Source: Octopus sinensis (taxonomy: Eukaryota). Taken from it: a stretch of 44,326 nucleotides of DNA. The notes below the pieces were generated by a model that made no database searches, was not told where the DNA came from, and saw only the letters and a list, made by a program, of their open reading frames with translations. This document shows, in pieces, positions 13,100 to 24,449 of this stretch. The DNA lies in assembly GCF_006345805.1 (NCBI RefSeq), contig NW_021835691.1, positions 1 to 44,326 of the forward strand, given 5' to 3'. Every line of letters starts with the position of its first letter. The first letter of the stretch is position 1. The position numbers and the translations under genes were made by a program.

Positions 13100-13157
13100 C
13101 ACCAAGTTTAGATACGGCGTCTTCATCAGTTTCCTTTCCAAACACAGGTTCGGTAAC
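13100..13157 (-). CDS. Candidate 58-nt internal exon (VTEPVFGKETDEDAVSKLG)
   Basis: Minus strand reads aatttcatgcag|GTTACC...CTTGGTG|gtaggt. Open in phase 0 and lies in non-repeat sequence. No homology recognised. Confidence 0.35.
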
Positions 13158-13380
13158 CTGCATGAAATTACTTAAGCTAAACGACTTTTACTTTCGTAAT
13201 TCGACGCTGAAATTTATGCAGCTGATATCCAGTTAAGCTCTAATATCAAATGAAGTCGTTGGCTTTTGCTAAGAGTGCTCCCGTTTGTTGCAGGAAATCT
13301 ATCTGAACTGCTATCAGGCTACGTGAAGCGATTAATCGCTATGTTTGCTTACGTATATTTTCTGATTATTAATCGTTGCA

Positions 13381-14040
13381 AGGCGGCGAGCTTGTAGATA
13401 CTTTAGCATGCTGGGCGAAATGCTTAGCGTATTTCGTCTGCCGTTACGCTCTGAGTTCATATTCCGTCGAGGTCGACTTTGCTTTTCATCCTTTCGGGGG
13501 TGATAAATTAAGCACCAGTTACGCACTGTGGTCGATGTAATCGACTTAATCCTTTTGTCTGACTTTGTTTGTCCCCTCTATGTTTAGCCCCTTGAGGGCC
13601 ACAAATAAATAAGGAACTTTAGCACGCTGGGGGAAATGCTGGCAGAGCTGGCAGAATCGTTAGCACGTCGGGCGAAATGCTTGTCGGTATTTCGGCTGCC
13701 GTTACGTTGTGAGTTCAAATTCCGCCGGGGTCGACTTTGCCTTTCATCCTTTCGGGGTCGATAAATTAAGTACCAGTTAAGCACTGGGGTCGATATAATC
13801 GACTTAATACCTATGTCTGTCCATGTTTGTCCTCTCTATGTTTAGCCCCTTGTGGGTAATAAAGAAATAGGTATTTTGTCAGTCTTTATGTTCTGAGTTC
13901 ATATTCCGCAGAGGTTGACTTTGCCTTTCATCCTTTCGGGGGCGATACATGAAGTACCTGTTGCGTACTAAGGTCGATCTAATCGATTGGCCCCCGCCAC
14001 CAAAATTTCAGGCCTTGTACCTATAGTACAGAAGATTATT
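13381..14040 (+). mobile_element. Tandem SINE family A array (A1 unit, partial unit, A1 unit, headless A2 unit)
   Basis: Heads at 13381 and 13645, junction aaagaaata|ggtatt at 13869/13870, A2 tail ending gattattaat. Confidence 0.9.
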
Positions 14041-14187
14041 AATAGCTGTTATTGTTGTTATTTTTTAAGCCTTTGTTAGCTTTCGCTTCAACAAATCACC
14101 GAACATGTATATTGAAGCCATCCGTGAACATGCCTTCTTTTTCTTCTATATTTTATGAGTATTATACATTAGTCTATGATGCTGCAC

Positions 14188-14340
14188 GCTGGCAGAATGC
14201 TTAGCGGTATTTCTTTCTTTTTTAGGTTCTAAGTTCAAACCTCGTCAAGGTCACTTTTGCTTTTAATTCCTCCAGGGTCAATAAAATTATGTAACAGCCA
14301 AGTACTGGTATCAATGTAATCGACACACCTCTTCCTCTCA
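14188..14340 (+). mobile_element. Degenerate SINE family A
   Basis: gctggcagaatgcttagcggtatttc and gttcaaacctcgtcaaggtcacttttgc. Confidence 0.65.
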
Positions 14341-14723
14341 CCTTGGAAACTGCAAAGGACCAGCGTCTCGTTCAAGTTAAATGCTGTGATCTCAGCCCCT
14401 TATGTGCCATGGAATCCAGGTAACCAGGTCTAAGATTCTTGGTGCTTGAAAACAAAAACAAATACCAATAAACTTAGATTACCATATCTAGAATGTCATT
14501 CTGGCATTTATTATGACAATAGCTTTGATTTTGAGGGATATGTGGTTGTTGTTTCTAGCATACACTCTACCACATGGATGCTCCCTTTGATAATTCGCAT
14601 TATATATATATATACACATATATATAGTTATAACATATATATATATGTATATATATATATTATATATATGTATATATACATATTTGTGTGTGGTGTGTGT
14701 GTAATTATATATTGTATATATAC

Positions 14724-14758
<35 letters not shown>

Positions 14759-15164
14759 TAATTATATATATCTATATATATATATATATATATTACGATG
14801 GTTTAAGCAAACACACAAGAGAGAGACCGATATCTGAGAATGCTACGGAAAGAAATAGGCTCAAGAAATCAGGAGCCTTGGATCCTTCTTTAACCATTAC
14901 TTCAATAGGAGCTTCCAGCTGCAATTTCAGTATTTGTAAACCAGTAAGTCATTGTGAGAAGCTTCTTCGATGTTCATCATGGACCCAACCAGACAGCCAG
15001 AGAAGTACTTATTTTTTTAAAATAGCATTTAAGAAAGTATAGCTCATCCAAACGAAGATGCTTCTTTACAGCCGCTTGGCTTTCTTGAAAAGGAAGTCAA
15101 GTCTCATCTAAAGCACAAATTGACGTTTTAAAAAGCATGATTGATTATAGGATGCGCTCTTGAT

Positions 15165-15590
15165 GTTACTGCCGAGGTCGACTTTGCCTTTCATTCTTTC
15201 GGGGACGATAAAGTAAGTACTAGTTGGCTACTGGGGTTGATGTATATAGACTTAATCCCTTTGTCTGTCCTTGTTTGTCCCTTCTATGTTTAGGCCCTTG
15301 GGGGAAATAAAGAAATAAGAAACAGCACGCCGGAGGAAATGCTTAGGGGTATTTCGTCTGTCTTTACGTATTGAGTTCATATTCCGTCGAGGTCGACTCT
15401 TCTCAAAGACCTTACCTTTGATATAATAATATATATATATATATATATCTTCCGCCGAGATCGACTTTTCCTTTCATACTTTCGGGGTCGATGAATTAAG
15501 TATCAGTTGCGTACAGGGGTCGATCCAATCGACTGGTCCCCTCCCCCAAAATTTCGGGTCTTGTGTCTACAGTGGAGTAGATTATTCATC
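15165..15590 (+). mobile_element. SINE family A fragments in tandem, interrupted by (TA)n
   Basis: Body plus A1 tail to 15320, second unit 15324-15410, A2 unit 15450-15590. Confidence 0.8.
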
Positions 15591-15840
15591 CTTGTTTGAT
15601 GCTCAAACGAAACTGCCAACCAAATGTTTCTCTCGAGCTTATTTTCTTCAGGGGATGTAATTTCCGCACTTAAATCCACCTGCCATGCAGTAGATACAAA
15701 TCAGAATTATAATTAGTGGGAGACCTATAACATTAACGAGTGTTTCGTTGAAGTGGAGTGCCAAGTTTGAATTCTACTTATACAACTACAAATGGAAACC
15801 CAAAGTATTGGGTATTCTGCATCAGAACAAACGTACCCAG

Positions 15841-15858
15841 GTGTGTGTGTGTATTTGT

Positions 15859-15946
<88 letters not shown>
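15841..15946. repeat. (TG)n microsatellite
   Basis: Seen directly. Confidence 0.97.
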
Positions 15947-15949
<3 letters not shown>

Positions 15950-16589
15950 CCAACTTTGATATTACTGGATTCAGATTCTGGTCCTAAAGCAATTGATACA
16001 TAACATTTCATTCTTCATGAAACCCATTCTACACACCCCAACCCCCACCACCGTCACCCACTACCACCTGCCACCACCCACCCCACCATCACACGAATAT
16101 CTTTCTCAACATCAAAGGATTAGAATTAGAAACTAGAAGATAGGAATCTTAATTGAAAATTAAATAAAGATCTTTCCTTTAATGGAAATTGTTTCGCGAG
16201 AAATATTTATTTGTACCAAAATCTTTGTTCGTGTAACAGAATTTTCGAACGGAAAAACATCAATACATTAATAGTTGTTTTAAATAAATAAACAATACTT
16301 ACTGTAGATAAATAGTGTTTTTGTCTTTTTTTTCTAAAATATTTACTATTGCAATATTGAAGATCATCTCACAAAGAAACATTAATAAAAAATAAAAACA
16401 ATAACTAGATAGATATTCGAATTTAATTGGAAAATTTTCATATTCTTTAAGATTTTTGATTGTCCGCTTTTTCTGTGAAGGTGTGTGTTTATTTATATAT
16501 ATATTTTTTTTTTTTTCATTTCCTTCTTGGTCTCCTGTCGGTTGGCTCGGCGTGAAGAATCTGTATTGTGATTTTTCCTGAGATATTTC

Positions 16590-16750
16590 AAGCCTTCGCA
16601 TACTCACAGCCCATGTCTCACTGCCATGTTGCATTGCTGCTCGTACACAGGGATAATACATTCTGCTTTTCACTATGTGGGGGAGGCCCTTCGTTACTAA
16701 CAGAGGTAGTAGCTCCCTGATTTCGCCCAGCCTATCCTTATTCTAGCAGC
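16590..16750 (-). mobile_element. RTE-clade LINE ORF fragment (post-RT region)
   Basis: With one frameshift it reads RIRIGWAK-RELLPLLVTKGLPHIVKSRMYYPCVRAAMQHGSETWAV. The GSETW motif is typical of RTE-1-like elements. Confidence 0.8.
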
Positions 16751-16803
16751 AATACTTTCAGAACAGCCTCCCCGACTAACTTGGTCATCTAAGTTACAGA
16801 AAT

Positions 16804-16965
16804 AGGTGCAGGAGTGGCTCCGAAGTAAGTAGTTTGCTTACAAACCACATGGTTCCGGGTTCAGTCCCACTGCGAGGCATCTTGGGCAAGTGTGTTCTAC
16901 TACAGCCTCGGGCCGACCAAAGCCTTGTGAGTGGATTTGGTGGAGGGAAACAGAAAGAAGCCCGT

Positions 16966-17000
<35 letters not shown>

Positions 17001-17100
17001 GACGGGCTTCTTTCATGTGTGTTATATGCTTGTGTGTGTCCCGCCCCCAACATCGCTTGACAACAAATGCGATGCTGGTGTGTTTACGTCCCCGTAAAGC
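16804..17100 (+). mobile_element. SINE family B with internal fold-back at (TA)n
   Basis: Head gcaggagtggct...ggttcagtcccact, catcttgggcaagt, tail catcgcttgacaac...tgtttacgtccccgtaa. Confidence 0.88.
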
Positions 17101-17374
17101 ATAACCTCACGCAAAGCATAACCTCAGTAAGTCACACTTCGGAACTCAGCCAGAAAATCTATAGAGTTGCTTTTGATATGACTTTATGGGGGAGATGCCA
17201 GATGATGTTACCCGCCACGATCTTTGCAGACATAGGGGGCAGAGAACGTGGATCGATGCTTAATAATTTTTATTTTCACAAATTTTTTTTCTCTTAAATG
17301 TTCGTATGGTGCAATTGTTTTTTCATAAACAAACGATTCCGTTGTTCAGTTCTATATTTAAGAGATGAGGATTT

Positions 17375-17530
17375 ATGTACATTATTTACATTATTTACAT
17401 TTGACGAATATTTGTCCGCATCTTGTTTGTTGTCAATACAACCTTTCGGCTGATATACTCTCCAGCCTTCATCAGATGTTATGGGGAAATTTCGAACCTG
17501 GGTTCTCGTTCCTAAGATATTTTTCGATGC
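17375..17530 (-). mobile_element. PLE-type pseudo-LTR element with hammerhead motif, in (AAT)n
   Basis: Reverse complement: ctgatgaaggctggagagtatatcagccgaaagg...caaacaagatgcggacaaatattcgtcaaatgtaaataatgtaaataat. Homologous to 18148 and 18846. Confidence 0.75.
17434..17480 (-). ncRNA. Minimal type I hammerhead ribozyme motif (core intact, stem I degenerate)
   Basis: ACAT-CTGATGA-A-GGCTG(gagagtatat)CAGCC-GAAA-GG-T-T-GTAT. Confidence 0.55.
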
Positions 17531-17568
17531 TATTATTATTATCATCATTATTATTATTATATTATTAT

Positions 17569-17800
17569 TATTTCTTTATTGCCCACAGCGGGCTAATTAT
17601 AAAGGGGACAAAAAAAACTGACAAAGGGATTAAGTCGATTACATCGACCCCAGTGCGTAACTGGTACTTGTTTCATCGACCCCGAAAGGATAAAAGGCAA
17701 AGTCCACTTCGGCGGAATTTGAACTTAGAACGTAATGGCATACGAAATACCGCTGAGTATTCCGCCCGGCGTGGTAACGCTTCTGCCAGCTCGCCACCTT
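17569..17800 (-). mobile_element. SINE family A, full length, A1 tail
   Basis: Alignment by eye to the 416-648 copy. Confidence 0.88.
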
Positions 17801-17821
17801 ACCACTACGCCATATGTCCGT

Positions 17822-17896
17822 GGGCATATAGCGTAGTGGTTAAGAGCGTCGGTTACTAACTCCAAGATTCCGAGTTCAATTCCAGGCAGTGATCTG
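17822..17896 (+). mobile_element. Short tRNA-derived SINE head followed by (AAT/GAT)n
   Basis: A box tagcgtagtgg and B box gagttcaattcc. No acceptor-stem pairing, so not a tRNA gene. Confidence 0.65.
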
Positions 17897-17935
17897 AATA
17901 ATAATGATGAAGATGACGATGATGATGATGATGAA

Positions 17936-18018
<83 letters not shown>

Positions 18019-18037
18019 TAATAATAACAATAATAAC

Positions 18038-18099
<62 letters not shown>

Positions 18100-18194
18100 T
18101 AATAATAACAATAATAATAATGATAATAATAGTAATAATAATAATAACAATAGAATCGAAATATACCTTACGAATGGTAGGAGATTTCACTAAG

Positions 18195-18238
18195 ACACTT
18201 GATGAAGGCAGGAGGGTATATCAGCCGAAACGTTGTGT
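18195..18238 (+). ncRNA. Minimal type I hammerhead ribozyme motif (C3U variant)
   Basis: ACAC-TTGATGA-A-GGCAG(gagggtatat)CAGCC-GAAA-CG-T-T-GTGT. Stem I ACAC/GTGT, palindromic ACGT in place of helix III. Confidence 0.55.
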
Positions 18239-18892
18239 TAACAACAAACAAGATGAGGACAAATATCCGTCAAATGTAAATAATGTAAATAATGTAAATA
18301 ATGTAAATAATGATTTCGTTGTTGTTGAGATTCTACAGAAAATATTTCATCGAAATATTAGCATTAATAGCAATCCAGCTAAACTTTAAATTACCAAACA
18401 ACTAACTACACGTCTCCAGTAGTCAGTTACTGCGTTTTTACATTTATGTTCACCCTTAAACTCTATCACTCCCCCAGCCAAGCCCTGCCCCGCCCCGCCC
18501 GCCACTTGGTGTTATGAGAGATTTCGAATTTAGAAACTCATTGAAATCAGTGATTAAAAAATTTAATTAAATTCCGTTCCTCTCTCTCTCTATCTTTCTC
18601 TCTCTCCCTCGCGCGCTTTCGTCTCTCTCTCTCTTTCTCTCTCTTCATGAATCAGACCGATGGCAATAAATTTTTACTATTACCACTCGAAAAATGAAAC
18701 ACACGCACATACTAATAATAATAATAATCATAATAATAATGATAATAATGATAATAATAATAATATAATTAATAATAATAATAATAATAATAACAATAAT
18801 AATAACAATAATAATAATGATAATAATAGTAATAATAATAATAACAATAGAATCGAAATATACCTTACGAATGGTAGGAGATTTCACTAAGA

Positions 18893-18937
18893 CCACATTG
18901 ATGAAGGCAGGAGGGTATATCAGCCGAAACGTGTGTT
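18893..18937 (+). ncRNA. Second copy of the hammerhead motif in the duplication (one T missing after GAAACGT)
   Basis: ccacatTGATGAAGGCAGgagggtatatCAGCCGAAACGTgtgt. Confidence 0.45.
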
Positions 18938-19489
18938 TAACACAAACAAGATGAGGACAAATATCCGTCAAATGTAAATAATGTAAATTGTAATGATAAT
19001 GTAAATAATGATTTCGTTGTTGTTGAGATTCTACAGAAAATATTTCATCGAAATATTAGAATTAACGCAATCCAGCTAAACTTTAAATTACCAAACAACT
19101 AACTACACGTCTCCAGTTGTCAGTTACTGCGTTTTTACATTTATGTTCACTCTTAAACTCTATCACTCCCCCAGCCAAGCCCTGCCCCCCCCCGCCCGCC
19201 ACTTGGTGTTATGAGAGATTTCGAATTTAGAAACTCATTGAAATCAGTGATTAAAAATTTAATTTAAATTCCGTTTCTCTCTCTCTCTATCTTTCTCTCT
19301 CTCCCTCGCGCGCTCTCTCTCTCTCTCTCTCCCTCTCTCTCTCTCTTCTTTCACGCTCTCTCTCTCTCTTTCTCTCTCTTCATGAATCAGACCGATGGCA
19401 ATAAATTTTTACTATTACCACTCGAAAAATGAAACACACGCACATACTAATAATAATAATAATCATAATAATAATGATAATAATGATAA

Positions 19490-19701
19490 TAATAATATGA
19501 TGATGATGATGATGATGGTGATTATGATGATGATGGTGATGATGATAAGAATAAAAATGGCGACTAATAAGACTGATAATAGTAATAGTATTAGTCGTAA
19601 CGACATTAATACTATCAGTAATGGTAATAATAGTAGCAATAATATAATAATAATAATAATAATAATAATATAATAACAACAACAACAAAAGTAGTAGTAA
19701 A

Positions 19702-19767
<66 letters not shown>

Positions 19768-19825
19768 AAATAGCAGCAGCAGCAGTAGTAGTGGTAGTAG
19801 CAGCAGCAGCAGCAGTAGTTGTAGT

Positions 19826-19863
<38 letters not shown>

Positions 19864-19870
19864 TAGCAGT
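19490..19870. repeat. Mosaic trinucleotide tract (GAT/AAT/AGT/AGC)
   Basis: Seen directly. Confidence 0.9.
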
Positions 19871-20564
19871 AAGGAAACAATGATGCAAATAATCTAGAAA
19901 ATACACTAATAACCTGTAGGTTCACAAGCACTATGAAAATTAATGTCTCGAATATAATTGTTTTTATTGTTAACGGGTAAACAAATATAGGAATCACTCG
20001 CTATCCGTCTTGCGTGTTTTGTTCAATTAAAAAAAAAAAACGAAAAACTGACAGAGAATTTCCATTAGACGCATACATTGTATTGCAGTGATTTTTCGCT
20101 TTTTTCTCTTTTCTCTTAACAACCACTTTGTGTCAATAATTCCATTTTTTTTTTTCTTCTTGTCTCCCATTTCTTCGTTTTGTAATTTTACTGAATATAT
20201 TTTCTCTGCAAATTTCAAATTATGTTTCGTCTGTTTTGGGCGGTGATTATTTTATTTGTTTAATTACAGAAGAAATATTCTTACGACCGAATGCCTTCAG
20301 GTTTGGTATAATAACGACAAAGCTGAACTCATTTTTGGTAATCTAATAATAGAACATGATTGCTGATTATCTATGTATTTTCCATCGTTATTCCAGGATC
20401 TAATTCTCAGAAAACGACAATATGGCGTCAGTGATTCCAATGGAGATAATTCCTTAGTTTTTTATGAACTTTAGCCCTTTAGCGCGTAATATTTTGCCGT
20501 GACTTAGGAACCGTAAATTGTCCGTGTCGTTAGAACATCGGACAAACTACTTCATAATCATCTT

Positions 20565-20810
20565 TTGATCGTTTCAGTCCTTATACTGTGGCCATGCTGG
20601 GGCACCGCACTGAAGAAATTTTATTTGAATGAATCGAGCCAATATATTTTGGTACTCATTCTCTCGTTCTAATTTGACGAACCGCTAGGATACGGGCATG
20701 CAAACGCACCAACATCAGTTATCAAGCGGTTATGAGGAAGAAACAGACACAAAACACACACATATTTACATAGTACATACATACATACATACATACATAC
20801 ATACATGTGG
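20565..20810 (-). mobile_element. SINE family B tail remnant with (TACA)n
   Basis: tgtggccatgctggggcaccgc and caccaacatcagttatcaagcg match the reverse complement of the family B tail. Confidence 0.7.
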
Positions 20811-21929
20811 GTGGAACAGTAAAAATATGCAAGACTTTTCTCAAGTTTCAAATATGAATTTGTCTGTGTTAACTACATCTCAAAGATGGAGCCATGTATC
20901 TTTGTTGGAAACCGGCTCCCTCCTCAGTGGAAGATTTAGTTGCAGTTTATCATTAAAACTACATAATAGGCACAATTGTCGGATTAAGACAGTAGGGTGT
21001 TTTGAGGGAGATTTGCCTGCTATTTCTACCAGGTCTAGTTACCTCTACCTACATGTAGAGGTCTCCCTCAATGGCGTATATATACATATATACATAAACT
21101 CGAAATAAAATACTTGAAGTAACAGGCGTCAAATACAAAATCCAAGGTCCATGCAATGTCATGGGGCCAATGAATTTCCAATCTTTTGCCTAATGAGAGC
21201 CCAGAGCAATCTCTTATCGCTTACACTATTCAGTATTACGTCTCTACTCTAATGTGAGATAATACATTCAGTTTGAGAGAAGTATTTCCTATACATAAAT
21301 ATATTCCTTGTGCATTCCAAAACGAGTTACAGATTTTGACGTATGGGGTATCAAAAGATATAGTACTATTTCGGCTACAAGTTAAACTTAATTTCCATTC
21401 ACATATTTGCATTTCAAAAATTTAACATAATCTTTTCAATAAATCAACTCAACTATCGTAAACATTTATACGATGACGTCACAGAGTCTATATACGTGTG
21501 TACCTTAAAAGACATCAATAATCACGACATGCACTTTCACTCTCTCACTCTTTCTCTCTTTGTCACTCTCTTTCTCCTCACACACACACGCGCACGCACG
21601 CACGCACACACACACACACACGTCCATTTCTTATAGACGCATATACATCTTTCACATTCTTTCTCTGTCCTTTTCGCTTTCTTTTCTTTTAATTTCTGCT
21701 CTCTTCAAATAAATTTTTATGGAATCAGCGGGAAAAACACAGAAGCAAATATAAAGCATGAATGCGAGGAAACCGAAGGTGCGAGTCTCAAGAGAGAAAC
21801 GAGATGAGATTTTCTTAAGATCAGTAAATACATGTTGCAGCACTTAATGCTGGATCAATTAAATCAATGTTTTAATGATTAGACAGAGGTCCAAGAGAAT
21901 AGCTCTCAGAAACAGACTACGTACAAATT

Positions 21930-22618
21930 CGTTCTTCACAACGCCTGAAGCTCCTTTTAGATATGATCCATCCTATTCTTATAAAACTTGGTGTGTTAAA
22001 TACAATTTGTCGTTTCTGTAGAGCTTTAAATTTTTCAAATGAAACAAATGGTATATGTTGCTCAGGCGGTCAGGTAACATTGCCAGCACTATTAGCACCT
22101 TCTCAACCTGTTATGAATCTTCTAGAAGGCACTTCCATCCAGTCAAAGGATTTAATGAACAATATAAACAATTGCAACTCTGCATTTCAAATGACATCGT
22201 TTGGTGCATCTAAGAAGATAGATAAACATGAATTTACGCCGACGTCAAAGTTCAGGGGCAAGTCCATGTTAACCCCAAATGAACAACCACAGGTCCTCCA
22301 AATTTACATTATGTAGGACAACGAACCCGAAGGAAGTGATAAAATTTCAGATGAAAAAGAGAGTATATCTACTGACAGCTTCTTATCGCGTTTAAAAATC
22401 ACATAACCCCGCTCCCAATTTTCCATGACAGGTTAGGGCCCGAAATACTCCTAACGGACACATAGCATGTTGCTTAGTCGAATTAGCCCAGCATTTACTC
22501 CACAATTGTTTTGTTGTCAAATTTGGTATTTTCTATATCACCTGTTTCAACATAACTGTGATATATTATATACAAACGATGCGATTTTAATCCCGAGCAA
22601 CGCCGGGTATATCTGCTA

Positions 22619-22619
<1 letters not shown>
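21930..22619 (+). mobile_element. Helitron remnant: N-terminal RepHel fragment plus intact 3' terminus
   Basis: FRYDP...CRFCRALNFSNETNGICCSGGQVTLPAL...NSAFQMTSFGA...QVLQIYIM matches Helitron RepHel N-termini. 3' hairpin cccgagcaacgccggg (22592-22607) followed by CTAG|T (22616-22619). 5' end not located. Confidence 0.88.
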
Positions 22620-22694
<75 letters not shown>

Positions 22695-23417
22695 ATGTAT
22701 GTTTGTATGTATGTATGTATGTATGAATGATGACTTGCTGCATCCAAGAAATGGACAATGCACTGGTTACAATTATTTCTATGACGTAACAATTTAAAGG
22801 AATGTTAAAGAGAATTTATTTTAATAACATGAACTGTCTGTATAAAAATCAAATAAAAAAAGAAACAAGGTGGAAAATTTTGTAAATAATGTTCAACGTT
22901 TAAGAAAATTTGCAGCATGTAAGATGTTTGTAAGCAATTCTAGAACAACAAAAGCCGTTACTTTCACTGCAAAATTTAAGTTTCGTTTGTGTCTAAATAT
23001 TTTCGTTCTTTGAAACCACGGCAAAACCCTGACAAAAATTCGTGCTGCATCTGTTTTGTCAGTGAACAAGTCTCGGTTTCAAAGCGACAAAAATATTGAG
23101 ATTGAAATGAGATTTAAATCTTGCAGTGAAACCAGCCATTTCTCTTTTTTGTGTGCGATTGTGTGTTCTTGAATGGCTTACAAACATCTACTCTTCAATT
23201 GTTTTTGCTCATACTATTGTGTAGAAGAGAAAATCGTAAAAGTTTTGTGCGTAAATTTTTGTTTTCATCTTCAGAGATAATTTTTTTAGTGTGAAATGCC
23301 ACCTTCGGCCTCCAGGACACATTGGTCGGCCCGAGGCTATGGTTGCAAACACTTACTGGCGAGCAGAGGGGTGGGGAGGAATAGGACAATTCAAAAGACC
23401 CTAAAGAATATGGATAT

Positions 23418-23475
23418 TCTTCCCAACCACACGGTTCCGGGTACAATCCCACTGCATTGCACCTTGGGCAAACAC
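23418..23475 (+). mobile_element. SINE family B head fragment
   Basis: cttcccaaccacacggttccgggtacaatcccactgcattgcaccttgggcaa. Confidence 0.7.
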
Positions 23476-23850
23476 TGGAGTTTAAAGGACATGTTGTAAG
23501 GCTATTACACCGTTAAAAAAAATTTTTGTTTTTGCTCGGGTCAAGCACAAGAGTTTAAAGGTCATGGTCTGCGATGTGAATTTTCCGAGTCCTCTTCGCG
23601 AGCGACCATTTTTTAACTATTCATTTACTACATGTTGTTGTACAGCTATTACACTATGTTTTCGTTTTTTTCTTTTGCTCGGGTCAAACACTAGAGTTTA
23701 AAGGTCATGGTCTGATGATATGAATTTTCCTAGTCCTCTCCTCGACCCACCCCCATTCGCGAGCGCGCATTTTTTCATGTTCGTTTACAGCAAGTTGTTT
23801 TAAACCTATTACACTATTTTCCTTTTTTATTTTTTTGCTCGGGTCAAACC
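23470..23850. repeat. Degenerate three-unit tandem repeat, period 143-160 bp
   Basis: ctattacac...tttgctcgggtcaa anchors at 23534, 23677 and 23837; gagtttaaaggtcatggtctg occurs twice. Confidence 0.8.
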
Positions 23851-23869
23851 CCTTAGTTTGACCGAAAAC

Positions 23870-23950
23870 AACACACAGCCCGACCCGGAAATCGAACACA
23901 CTACCTCGTGATTATGAGCCTGACGCTGTAACTACTGTGCCATGCACCTT
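23870..23950 (-). mobile_element. tRNA-derived SINE head (family C-like)
   Basis: Reverse complement: ggtgcatggcacagtagttacagcgtcaggctcataatcacgaggtagtgtgttcgatttccgggtcgggctgtgtgttg. Confidence 0.65.
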
Positions 23951-24252
23951 GATGGCACTATAGTTTTCGCCGTTTTCTTTTTAAACATTAGAAATTAAAT
24001 AACGACAATCGCATTTTGGTGACTTCTCCGCATGTTCAGTCTCCAAGAGATTTGCTAAGACAGCATACAGTTGGTGTAGCGACATCTATTGGTATAATTT
24101 AAAGAATTTAATTTGCTATAAACATTGATAAGCATTGTTGAAAGTTGTTTTATACACTCATTACGAATGTGCAATTAATTTTTGTATAAAATGCAGCATT
24201 CAATATCGAAACAGCTGTAACTGACACGAGACAAATCAATAATAATACAAAT

Positions 24253-24358
<106 letters not shown>

Positions 24359-24367
24359 GTAATAATA

Positions 24368-24422
<55 letters not shown>

Positions 24423-24449
24423 TAATAATAATAATAATAATAATAGCAG

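Larger units (their letters stand above)
17990..19500. repeat. Direct tandem duplication, unit about 700-735 bp, bounded by (AAT)n
   Basis: aatagaatcgaaatataccttacg at about 18148 and 18846; catgaatcagaccgatggc at 18646 and 19381. Confidence 0.9.

Noticed and set aside
13105-13135. CTGATGAAGAC on the minus strand as another hammerhead
   Set aside because: No GAAA or closing stem II follows. It is better explained as part of the candidate exon.
14820-15130. Protein-like minus-strand stretch LEAPIEVMVKEGSKAPDFLSLF
   Set aside because: Only a moderate acceptor, no convincing donor, an upstream in-frame stop and no recognised family.
20268-20305. 31-nt plus-strand exon-like segment reading EIFLRPNAF (LRR-like)
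   Set aside because: Too short, weak donor (gtttgg) and no partner exons found.
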